Shown here in pieces: positions 1 through 7,474 of a stretch of DNA of 24,000 nucleotides. The translations under genes were made by a program, and so were the position numbers. The notes beneath the pieces are model-generated. The model had not been told where the DNA came from. It made no database searches and saw nothing but the letters and a program-made list of their open reading frames with translations. The stretch's first letter is position 1. The number at the start of each line of letters is the position of its first letter. Location of the stretch: assembly GCF_004102945.1 (NCBI RefSeq), contig NZ_CP019384.1, positions 393,403-417,402 of the forward strand, given 5' to 3'. The stretch comes from Candidatus Velamenicoccus archaeovorus. Its GTDB lineage: Bacteria; Omnitrophota; Gorgyraeia; Velamenicoccales; Velamenicoccaceae.

Positions 1-963
1 TCTCTGGTGACGTTTAATGTCGAGGGAATGGGGCGATGGCTTTTGCTGCAAAAGGCCAGCCGCGAGGCGACAGGGAGGTCTTTGTGCCTATTGAATGCGG
101 GGCCCGACGGTTTTGATTTCAATGTCTTCTGCGACGGCCGAATTTATTTCAGCCGTTCTTTTTCGTTTTCTCCCATCACGGGGCCGGAGCGGGCCTCATT
201 GTTGTTGCGCGAGATCAAGATGAGCCTGGAGCTTTGCCGCCGGCTGGGCGGCGTGGAATTTATCTTCGACAAAAAGATCTATGTCGCGGGATCTTTTTCG
301 CCAGAAGAGCTCCAGGCGTTGAAAAGCCATAGTTTCTTCGACGCTGTTGTTATTGAAGACGTGATCCAGGCGGGAAATCCATTCCTTCGGTCTTTGCCGG
401 CCGAGGAGCGTTTATCGTTTGCGTCCAGTCTCGGACTGGCCATGAATCCCGAAAACGGATGTATGGATATGAGGCCGCCCGAATGCAAGGCGGAGGCCAG
501 GGGGCGGGCTGTCGGCCGACGGTGGCATCATGGCGCGTTTCTTTTTTGCGGCCTTGTTTTTATATTGTGGTTTCTGTATGCCGCGAAGGTCGTCCGGGAC
601 GCCGACGCGTTCACGAGGTTAAGGCATGAGATGGCGGCACAGAAGGATGTCATGACAATCGGCGATGCCGTGGCCCGCGGGGTGTGGGTTGAGAACCACT
701 TTGTCGCGACAGGCACCTACAAGGAGATTTTATCCGTCTTGGGGCGGCACAGCGACGAAAACATCATGATAGACGAGCTTCGCGTCCAGGGCGGAGCCAA
801 GATATCCCTCAAAGGCTCAGGCAAAGACATGACGCATGTCCTGGATTATGTGAAGTCCTTGAAATCGGAGCGCGTTTTTCAAAAGGCCCGGTTGGAGTAT
901 CTTATCCAGAATAAAGACGCGCTGACAGAAGGACCCGTGTCGTTCAGGGTCGCTATCCCATAG
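1..963 (+). CDS. PilM/PilN-like (GspL-like) fusion protein, 5' end off-window
   Basis: Frame 1 is open from base 1, so the listed GTG at 7 is probably internal. The sequence has the C-terminal part of an actin-like PilM fold (VYVAGSFSPEELQALK, NPF...ASSLGLAM). This is followed by a PilN-type entry (MRPPE), one TM helix (GAFLFCGLVFILWFLYAA) and a ~120-aa periplasmic domain. It lies upstream of a secretin gene. Confidence 0.6.
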   Translation, partial: SLVTFNVEGMGRWLLLQKASREATGRSLCLLNAGPDGFDFNVFCDGRIYFSRSFSFSPITGPERASLLLREIKMSLELCRRLGGVEFIFDKKIYVAGSFSPEELQALKSHSFFDAVVIEDVIQAGNPFLRSLPAEERLSFASSLGLAMNPENGCMDMRPPECKAEARGRAVGRRWHHGAFLFCGLVFILWFLYAAKVVRDADAFTRLRHEMAAQKDVMTIGDAVARGVWVENHFVATGTYKEILSVLGRHSDENIMIDELRVQGGAKISLKGSGKDMTHVLDYVKSLKSERVFQKARLEYLIQNKDALTEGPVSFRVAIP

Positions 964-1184
964 TTGGCTCTGCGCGGCCTAAAAGCTCCGCCCTTTAGGG
1001 CGGAGAGTGTTGTGGCCGCTTAGAGGTACCCGAAACAAGCCCCGGCCTCTGCCCCTGGCCTTGTCCTCGGCCTGCCCTTCGGGCAAGGCCAGGGGCGAGG
1101 CCGAGGAATATGGGTTGACTATTGAGGCTGGATCTTGTCTTTGTAAACAGCACATAATATGTTGAAATGTCTAATATCGAAATC

Positions 1185-1210
1185 CCAATGACGAATAAAT
1201 GTTCAATGCC
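1185..1210. repeat. Left inverted repeat of four-helix-bundle cassette
   Basis: CCAATGACGAATAAATGTTCAATGCC. The reverse complement of 1466-1494 is CCAATGACGAATTTCTAATGACCAATGCC. The first 12 nt and last 7 nt are identical. Confidence 0.7.
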
Positions 1211-1221
1211 TAAAGAAAAAC

Positions 1222-1439
1222 ATGCCGAATTATGATCTTGAGGAAAGGACTGCAAAATTTGGAGAAGACATTATTGATTTTGCAAAAAAGAGGCTCGCGA
1301 AACAAAACATTGGTTGCGCATGGTGGTCAGAGTCCAAAAACCGTTAGAGCAAGAGGCGAAAAGACTTGCAGGGGAGGCGCAAGAATTGAATCTTATTTTT
1401 TGCGCGATCGTCAACAAATGCCGGAAAACTGATTCATGA
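1222..1439 (+). pseudogene. Internally deleted, frameshifted four-helix-bundle protein gene (23S rRNA intervening-sequence protein family)
   Basis: ATG 1222 reads MPNYDLEERTAKFGEDIIDFAKK, a family-typical N-terminus, then diverges and stops at 1345-1347. The +1 frame from ~1289 reads KEARETKHWLRMVVRVQKPLEQEAKRLAGEAQELNLIFCAIVNKCRKTDS*, a family-typical C-terminal helix pair, with stop at 1437-1439. The central ~50-55 residues (QLxRSxxSIGANxxEA core) are missing. Confidence 0.7.
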
Positions 1440-1465
1440 ATTATTGAGGTCTTGGATATTTATTC

Positions 1466-1494
1466 GGCATTGGTCATTAGAAATTCGTCATTGG
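1466..1494. repeat. Right inverted repeat of four-helix-bundle cassette
   Basis: GGCATTGGTCATTAGAAATTCGTCATTGG, complementary to 1185-1210 at both ends. Confidence 0.7.
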
Positions 1495-1524
1495 AGAATA
1501 AACTTAACTTGTTTGGGTGTTTCT

Positions 1525-2433
1525 ATGAACATAAGTTCATTTGCGAAACACATCTTTAAACCATATCCCTGGGCCCGGGCCAAAAGATCGTTTTTAGCCA
1601 TGGGATTATGCATGATTTTGAGCGCACCCGGCTGGATGGCATTGCGTCAGGCGGATAAAAGCCTTTCTGTGTTGCTGGATAGAGGCAGACAAGAGGAGGA
1701 GGCTGTTGTTTTGTTTTTGAATGTTTTGAACGAAGACAAGGGGTTAAAAGAGACATATGGCCGAAGAAAAATGGGCGAGATCTCTCTGGATGAGTCTTTA
1801 AAAGAACTGCATATGTTGGCAAAAAGAGAGAGGATTTTTTTGGGTTCTATGAAGCCGGCGCAGGCAGACGAAAAAAATGACCGGCAGGGTCTGCGGCGCA
1901 GGAAGATCGAAATGACTTTTCAGGCGCCGGAAGACGGCGTCTATCGGTTTTTGGACGGGTTTTCGGAACTCACATTTTTTTCTTCGCCTGAGTCGATGGC
2001 GATTTCTGCGTCTCCAGAAGGTGCGTCTCTCGTCGGTGTCCGCATGGCGCTTGAGGTATTCGACGATCTGCGAATACCCAAAAAGAAAGCCCGGGATTAT
2101 CTGAAAAAAGCGATTGGTTCGGGTAGGGCCTTTGCGGAACCTCAGGTCTATGTGACGGCCGCAGGCAGAAAGATATTCGGGTCGGCCAAGACCAAGCCGA
2201 AGCGGGCGATCCTGACGCAGGAAAAGAAAGAGGACATCCTGGCGCAGTTGGTGCTTGTCGGTATCGTAGAAGACGTGGGACAAGGCAGGCGTGCCGCCGT
2301 CGAAGACAAGAGATCAGCCAGGACGTCCTATCTTTGTGTCAATGATGCTGTCGGAGATCTCGTGGTTTCCGAGATCGGCGATCACCAGGTGGTTTTTTCA
2401 GGAGGCGGGCAATGCTATGCCCTCGAGCTGTGA
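1525..2433 (+). CDS. PilO/PilP-like (GspM/GspC-like) fusion, inner-membrane pilus/secretion alignment protein
   Basis: I moved the start to ATG 1525 because the listed start at 1444 lies inside the right inverted repeat. There is an N-terminal TM helix (FLAMGLCMILSAPGWMAL), then a charged coiled region and a small alpha/beta domain. The C-terminal beta-rich segment (LVLVGIVED..AAVED..YLCVNDAVGDLVVSEIGDHQVVF) resembles the PilP/GspC HR domain. The gene abuts the secretin. Confidence 0.5.
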   Translation: MNISSFAKHIFKPYPWARAKRSFLAMGLCMILSAPGWMALRQADKSLSVLLDRGRQEEEAVVLFLNVLNEDKGLKETYGRRKMGEISLDESLKELHMLAKRERIFLGSMKPAQADEKNDRQGLRRRKIEMTFQAPEDGVYRFLDGFSELTFFSSPESMAISASPEGASLVGVRMALEVFDDLRIPKKKARDYLKKAIGSGRAFAEPQVYVTAAGRKIFGSAKTKPKRAILTQEKKEDILAQLVLVGIVEDVGQGRRAAVEDKRSARTSYLCVNDAVGDLVVSEIGDHQVVFSGGGQCYALEL

Positions 2434-4022
2434 ATCCCGTTAGAGAAATTTGTTCTCGAAATGTTTACTCTGGTGGCGGTCTAAAGTCACCGTCAGTTTC
2501 CATCGGAGACGACCATCGCTTTCAGGCAGCGGCTTTTTCTAACGTGACGAGTATTTTTTTATTTGCATATCTTGTATTTTTCGCCGGCGTCGTCTCGGCC
2601 CAGGACCTGAACCCGCCTGCCGCGGCAACGGCCGCTGACAAGGTGTCGCTCGATATCAAGGGCATGGATGTCGTGGAGGTCTTGAAGATGCTGGCATCCA
2701 AGGTGCGCATCAACGTGGTCGTTGACAAGAACGTCAGCGGCCGCGTGACCGTCTTTGTGAAGGATGTCTCACCCTCTGACGCGATGAGGACGATCCTTGC
2801 TTCCAACAACCTGGTCCTGCACCAGGAGGGGGAGGTGGCGAGGATCATGACGGCCCAGGATTACGAACAGGCCTACGGCCAGAAATACGCCGATCCCCGC
2901 CGGATGCTGCGCTTGCCTTTGCGTTATTTGGCCGTCCAGCAGGCGGCCGGCCTTCTGACGCAGGTGAAGTCGGGTGTCGGGCAGATCGTCGTCGATGAGG
3001 CCTCAGGCACCCTCATCATTTTGGAGACGCCCCAAAAATTGCATGAGATGGAGATCCTGGTTCGGCAGATGGACCGTCCGATGGAAACGCGCATCTTTGA
3101 CCTGAATTACGCCAAGTGCGAGAAAGCGGCGGAGTCCGTGCGGGAAGTCCTTTCCGCGAACACCGGCCGTTTGGTCGTCGACACCCGGGCCAACCGCCTG
3201 ATCGTGACGGATTATCCCGAACGTCTCAACCGGGCCGAGGCCGTGATTGCGGGTCTGGATCAGAGGACGCGGGAAGTGCTGATCGATGCCAAGATCGTTC
3301 AGGTCAACTTGACCGATAAGACCTCGCTGGGCATCGATTGGGAATACGTCCTGAATAAAAAATTCTCCGTCCAGGGAATGTTCGGCAACGTAATCACCAC
3401 GACCGGCAACAAATGGACGATTGGCAGTTTGAACCCCAGCGGGCGCAATGATTACAGCGCCGTCATCGAAGCGCTGCGGACGCAGGGGGATACAAAGATC
3501 CTTTCGGCGCCAAGGCTGGCCGTTGTCAACAACGAATCCGCCAGGATCCTTGTCGGCTCCAAGCAGGTTTACGTGACGACGACGGCGGTCCAGGGTCAAT
3601 CGACGACCGAGACGGCCGAGGCGGTCAATTTCGTGGATGTCGGCGTGAAATTGTATGTGACGCCGACCATCGGGGCGGACGATTTCATTTCCATCAAGGT
3701 CAGGCCGGAGGTCAGCGCCGTGACGGAGAATTACACGACATCGACCGGAAATAAGATCCCTATTGTCGAGACCTCGGAGACGGAAACGACGGTTCTCCTG
3801 AAGGACGGCGCGACGCTGGTTATCGGCGGCCTGATGAAAGACGAAACGGTCAAAACGGCCAACAAGATCCCCTGGGTCGGCAACGTCCCTATCCTTGGTT
3901 TTTTCTTCCGTAACACGGTCTCGGAGACGCGCAAGACGGAGCTGGTGATTTTTCTGACCTGCCGGATCATGGATTTTGCCGCTGTGCCTCCCCAGGAAAA
4001 CTTAAAGTTGCAAAAAAGTTAG
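2412..4022 (+). CDS. pilQ: Secretin (PilQ/GspD family)
   Basis: Secretin-domain motifs are present: ILSAPRLAVVNNESARILVGSK, VGVKLYVTPTIGADDFISIKVRPEVS, TTVLLKDGATLVIGGLMKDE, KIPWVGNVPILGFFFRNT..TELVIFLTCRI. There is an N0-like domain (VSLDIKGMDVVEVLKMLAS). An alternative start at GTG 2544 gives a clean signal peptide (TSIFLFAYLVFFAGVVSA/QD) and is probably the true start. Confidence 0.85.
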   Translation: MLCPRAVNPVREICSRNVYSGGGLKSPSVSIGDDHRFQAAAFSNVTSIFLFAYLVFFAGVVSAQDLNPPAAATAADKVSLDIKGMDVVEVLKMLASKVRINVVVDKNVSGRVTVFVKDVSPSDAMRTILASNNLVLHQEGEVARIMTAQDYEQAYGQKYADPRRMLRLPLRYLAVQQAAGLLTQVKSGVGQIVVDEASGTLIILETPQKLHEMEILVRQMDRPMETRIFDLNYAKCEKAAESVREVLSANTGRLVVDTRANRLIVTDYPERLNRAEAVIAGLDQRTREVLIDAKIVQVNLTDKTSLGIDWEYVLNKKFSVQGMFGNVITTTGNKWTIGSLNPSGRNDYSAVIEALRTQGDTKILSAPRLAVVNNESARILVGSKQVYVTTTAVQGQSTTETAEAVNFVDVGVKLYVTPTIGADDFISIKVRPEVSAVTENYTTSTGNKIPIVETSETETTVLLKDGATLVIGGLMKDETVKTANKIPWVGNVPILGFFFRNTVSETRKTELVIFLTCRIMDFAAVPPQENLKLQKS

Positions 4023-4036
4023 GCCGTGGCTATAAT
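4008..4036 (+). promoter_or_regulatory. Sigma70-type promoter TTGCAA-N17-TATAAT
   Basis: TTGCAA at 4008-4013, a 17-nt spacer, and TATAAT at 4031-4036. The -10 element ends 11 nt before the NSS transporter ATG at 4048. Confidence 0.4.
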
Positions 4037-4047
4037 GAAAATCGATC

Positions 4048-5613
4048 ATGAGACGACTCAAGCCAAAGCGCGAATCGTGGGGATCCCGTCTCGGGATCAT
4101 TATGGCTGTGGCCGGTTCTGCCGTCGGGCTTGGGAATTTTTTGAGGTTCCCGGTTCAGGCCGCAGGCAACGGCGGAGGCGCTTTTATGATCCCGTATTTC
4201 GTGGCGCTTCTCGTTCTTGGGATCCCTCTGGTCTGGATCGAATGGGCGCTGGGCCGTTATGGCGGAGGTTTTGAACACGGGACGGCCCCGGGTATCTTCC
4301 ACAGCCTCCTTCAGAAGAACCGGTTCGTCAAATATTTCGGCGTGATCGGTATCTTCGGGCCGTTTGTCATTTTTATCTATTACACATTCATCGAATCCTG
4401 GACCTTGGGGTATAGTTTTTACAGCCTCAAAGGCGTCCTGGCCCAGCTCCATGACCAGTCATCGATCCAGGCCTTCCTGAAGGGGTACCAGGGGCTGGAG
4501 CAGAATTCTTTCTTTTCCAATATCGGCCCGGCGTATCTTTTTTTCATCGCGACGTTCTTTTTAAATATTTTTGTGATTTATTACGGCATACGCGGCGGCA
4601 TTGAAGTCTTGTGCAAGATCGCGCTGCCTGTTTTGTTCCTTTTCGGGATCATCCTGGCTGTCCGGGTCCTGACGCTGGGCGCACCTGATCCGGCAAGGCC
4701 GGACTGGAATCTGGTCAACGGTCTTGGGTTTTTATGGAATCCGGACTTCAGCGCACTCAAGTCGGCCAAGGTCTGGCTGGCGGCGGCAGGCCAGATCTTT
4801 TTTACGCTCAGCGTCGGTATCGGCGTGATCCTGACGTATGCCAGCTACCTGTCGCGTGGAGACGACGTCGCGCTTTCCGGCTTGACCGCCGTTAGCATGA
4901 ATGAGTTCGCAGAGGTCATCCTGGGCGGATGCATCATCATCCCGGCCGCTTTCGTCTTTTTCGGGCCCGTGGATGTCCAGGCGATCGCCAAGCAGGGGGC
5001 ATTCGATTTGGGGTTTGTGACCATGCCGTTGATCCTGGGTAAGATCCCCTTGGCCGCGGTTTTAAGTTTTTTATGGTTTGCGCTCCTTTTTATGGCCGGG
5101 GTGACGTCGAGCGTTTCTCTGGCGCAGCCAGCGGTCGCTTTTCTGGAAGATGAATTCGACATCTCCCGTAAAAAAGCTGTCGGGATTTTTGCGGTCGTCA
5201 GCTTTGTCCTTTGTCAGCCGGCGATCTTTTTTTTGAGCCGCGGCGTCGTCAACGAGCTGGATTTCTGGGGTGGCACATTCTGTCTCGTCCTTTTTGGAAC
5301 GGTCGAGACCATTCTTTTCGCCTGGGTCTTCGGTATGGACAGGGCGTGGGAAGAGATCCATCACGGCGCGGACATTGCCGTGCCCCGTGTCTATAAGTTC
5401 ATCATCAGATACGTGACGCCTGTTTTTCTTCTGGTTATCCTGGGTTTCTGGTTTTACCAGGAGGGTTTGCCGACGATCTTGCTCAGGGGCGTGGCGGAAG
5501 CAGACAAGCCTTTTATCTTTTGGACACGCCTGGGTTTGGTGGGGTTTTTTGTGATTTTGTCCATCCTGGTCAAGCTTGCCTGGCGCCGCCGGCAGAATAA
5601 CTTGGAGGTTTAA
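4048..5613 (+). CDS. Sodium-dependent transporter, NSS/SNF family
   Basis: NSS signature WGSRLGIIMAVAGSAVGLGNFLRFP..GGGAFMIPYF..LGIPL..EWALGR, and a polytopic (~11-12 TM) profile. Confidence 0.9.
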   Translation: MRRLKPKRESWGSRLGIIMAVAGSAVGLGNFLRFPVQAAGNGGGAFMIPYFVALLVLGIPLVWIEWALGRYGGGFEHGTAPGIFHSLLQKNRFVKYFGVIGIFGPFVIFIYYTFIESWTLGYSFYSLKGVLAQLHDQSSIQAFLKGYQGLEQNSFFSNIGPAYLFFIATFFLNIFVIYYGIRGGIEVLCKIALPVLFLFGIILAVRVLTLGAPDPARPDWNLVNGLGFLWNPDFSALKSAKVWLAAAGQIFFTLSVGIGVILTYASYLSRGDDVALSGLTAVSMNEFAEVILGGCIIIPAAFVFFGPVDVQAIAKQGAFDLGFVTMPLILGKIPLAAVLSFLWFALLFMAGVTSSVSLAQPAVAFLEDEFDISRKKAVGIFAVVSFVLCQPAIFFLSRGVVNELDFWGGTFCLVLFGTVETILFAWVFGMDRAWEEIHHGADIAVPRVYKFIIRYVTPVFLLVILGFWFYQEGLPTILLRGVAEADKPFIFWTRLGLVGFFVILSILVKLAWRRRQNNLEV

Positions 5614-5618
5614 GCGGG

Positions 5619-5723
5619 ATGACTCTCTCCGGCTGGATCCTTTTGGCGTTGTCATGGCTGGGAATCGTTTCATTGGCCATATTTTGTTTTTATAAGATTT
5701 TTTCAAAGAGAGAGGTCAAGTAG
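5619..5723 (+). CDS. Small single-TM membrane protein, MetS-like NSS accessory subunit (34 aa)
   Basis: Read by hand: MTLSGWILLALSWLGIVSLAIFCFYKIFSKREVK*. ATG is at 5619, 5 nt after the NSS stop, and GGAGG (5604-5608) sits 10 nt upstream of it. It is too short for the ORF track. Small hydrophobic ORFs directly downstream of NSS transporters are a known arrangement (MetP/MetS). Confidence 0.55.
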   Translation: MTLSGWILLALSWLGIVSLAIFCFYKIFSKREVK

Positions 5724-5769
5724 TTATGGGTTGGTTGAGGTTTCGTTCCGACGGACAAGTTATGCCGTC

Positions 5770-6168
5770 ATGAAAGGTCAAATGAAGAAAAAAACTTTAT
5801 TGTCGTTTTTAATCTTGGGCGTGTTGACGGTTTTTTTAAACGGATGCGTTTGGTTGATTGTCGGCGGCGTCGGCGCCGTCGGAGGCTACACCGTGACGCG
5901 CGATACCATTCAGGGAGAATATGATGTCAAGTTCGACGACGCCTGGCGGGCCGCCCAGTCCGTCTGCAGCATCCTCGGCACTGTCGGCAACCGCGATTCC
6001 TCCGCCGGCACTGTCGAAGCCACGATCGACCGCGCCAAGGTGAGGGTGCAAATCTTCCAGATCACGCCGGAATCCATCCGTTTGAAGGTCAAGGCCAGGC
6101 GCGGCATTTTCCCGCGGCTGGGCATGGCACAAAATGTCTTCGTCAAGATCGTCCAGCAGTTGATGTGA
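5770..6168 (+). CDS. DUF3568-like lipoprotein
   Basis: Lipoprotein signal MKKKTLLSFLILGVLTVFLNG/C. The mature part (GGYTVTRDTIQGEY...AWRAA...VEATIDRAKVRVQI...IRLKVKARRG) resembles the DUF3568 family. The start could be ATG 5770 or 5782. Confidence 0.65.
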   Translation: MKGQMKKKTLLSFLILGVLTVFLNGCVWLIVGGVGAVGGYTVTRDTIQGEYDVKFDDAWRAAQSVCSILGTVGNRDSSAGTVEATIDRAKVRVQIFQITPESIRLKVKARRGIFPRLGMAQNVFVKIVQQLM

Positions 6169-6180
6169 TGCCCTCTTGGG

Positions 6181-6259
6181 CAGAGCAATTGAGCAATAGA
6201 AAATAGAACAAGAGAGTCTATGCCCAATTGCGGTCTAATGTTCTATTGCTCTATTGTTC
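6181..6259 (+). repeat. 79-nt palindromic repeat element, copy 1
   Basis: CAGAGCAATTGAGCAAT...CAATTGCGGTCTA...TCTATTGTTC. Internal imperfect ~20-bp arms (GAGCAATAGAAAATAGAACA / TGTTCTATTGCTCTATTGTTC). The reverse complement of 9188-9266 shares the 17-nt and 10-nt termini and a 13-nt core. Confidence 0.75.
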
Positions 6260-6271
6260 AAAAGGTAACCG

Positions 6272-6616
6272 ATGGCATTTTTATTTGAGAGTCTCGAAGT
6301 TTATCAAAAGGCAATCGCTTTTGCTGATGAAATTAGCGGTTTAACGGAAGGCTTCTCAAAAGGCAGTTATTATCTTACGGACCAGCTGAATCGAGCGGCG
6401 TTATCGATTTCGACCAACATCGCAGAAGGAAATGGCAGGTATGGCAAGCCAGATAGGAAGAATTTCTTTAGAATTTCTCGTGGATCAGCATTTGAGTGTA
6501 TTCCGATCTTAGAGTTGTGCAAGAGGAAGAAATTGATAGGAGAAGAAAAACATAAAGCTCCGAAAGAGAACCTTGATGAAATGCGTAAGATGCTGTCAGG
6601 GCTTATGAATTATTAA
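6272..6616 (+). CDS. Four-helix-bundle protein (23S rRNA intervening-sequence protein family; Avd-like fold)
   Basis: Family pattern across 114 aa: LEVYQKA.., LTDQLNRAALSISTNIAEGNGR, FFRISRGSAFEC, and C-terminal ..MLSGLMNY. Confidence 0.9.
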   Translation: MAFLFESLEVYQKAIAFADEISGLTEGFSKGSYYLTDQLNRAALSISTNIAEGNGRYGKPDRKNFFRISRGSAFECIPILELCKRKKLIGEEKHKAPKENLDEMRKMLSGLMNY

Positions 6617-6670
6617 GGCAAGCTGATGCTCGGGCGAGCAAAAACTAAGGTATAAAACGGATAGTCTCCT

Positions 6671-7474
6671 ATGAAAAAGCACATCTTTGCCTCGAGGACG
6701 CATTATGCCATTGCGTCGCTTTTTGTCGCGGCGGCGTTCTCTCTTGTTTTCGGATGTTTGTCGCGCAGCTCCAACGAGGTCCGCGTCGTGCGGGTCGTCG
6801 ACGGCGATACGGTCGACGCGGATTCGGGCATCACCATCCGCTATATCGGCATTGATACTCCTGAGACGCGGCGGCGCACATCCGCCGGCTGGATTCCGAC
6901 GGGAGATCTATACGGAGAAGAGGCCAAGAAGGCGAACGAAGCGCTCGTCATGGGCCAAAAGGTCCGTCTGGAGTATGACGTCCAGAAGAAGGATAAATAT
7001 GGCCGGACCCTGGCGTATGTTTTTGTTCGCGAGAACAACAAAGAGGTCATGGTAGAGACGGAACTCTTGCGCCGCGGCCTGGCTTTTCTCTATACTTTGC
7101 CGCCGAATGTCCGCTATGTGGATGTTTTTCTGGCGGCGCAGAAGGAGGCCCGCCGCAACAAGGCGGGCATGTGGGCGCATGAGTTTCATGTCCCGAGTGC
7201 GCAGGCTTGCGATTTTCTCGGCCAGAGGAAGTTTGTGACAGGGAAGGTCGCAGACACACGAAGGACCGACAAGATGGTCTTTCTTGAGATGGAAGGTCTC
7301 CGCGTCATTATTTTTGCCAAAGACTTCGGCTTTTTTGAGAAGGAGGGCATTCATCCGGCGCAGGATTATGCCGGCAAGAAGGTCAGTGTCTTCGGCCTCA
7401 TCAAATCATATCGGGGGTCTCCGGAGATCATCGTGAGCCACCCATGGCAGATTGAGATTGTAGATCGCCCCTGA
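6671..7474 (+). CDS. Thermonuclease (SNase) family lipoprotein with C-terminal OB-fold-like extension
   Basis: Signal peptide and lipobox (FSLVFG/C). SNase motifs VVRVVDGDT, IRYIGIDTPE, YGEEAKKANE, DKYGRTLAYVF, ELLRRGLA, and ..AQKEARRNKAGMW. Confidence 0.85.
   Translation: MKKHIFASRTHYAIASLFVAAAFSLVFGCLSRSSNEVRVVRVVDGDTVDADSGITIRYIGIDTPETRRRTSAGWIPTGDLYGEEAKKANEALVMGQKVRLEYDVQKKDKYGRTLAYVFVRENNKEVMVETELLRRGLAFLYTLPPNVRYVDVFLAAQKEARRNKAGMWAHEFHVPSAQACDFLGQRKFVTGKVADTRRTDKMVFLEMEGLRVIIFAKDFGFFEKEGIHPAQDYAGKKVSVFGLIKSYRGSPEIIVSHPWQIEIVDRP

Noticed and set aside
995-1432. Listed ORFs 995-1255 (-) and 1232-1432 (+).
   Set aside because: The first runs through GC-rich hairpin sequence and gives a GRGQGQGQ-type low-complexity product. 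The second is an out-of-frame read of the four-helix-bundle pseudogene.
6272-6616. The four-helix-bundle protein as the Avd component of a diversity-generating retroelement.
   Set aside because: No reverse transcriptase ORF (no YxDD-type motif seen) and no template/variable repeat pair occur anywhere in the window. Standalone IVS-type four-helix-bundle genes are common.
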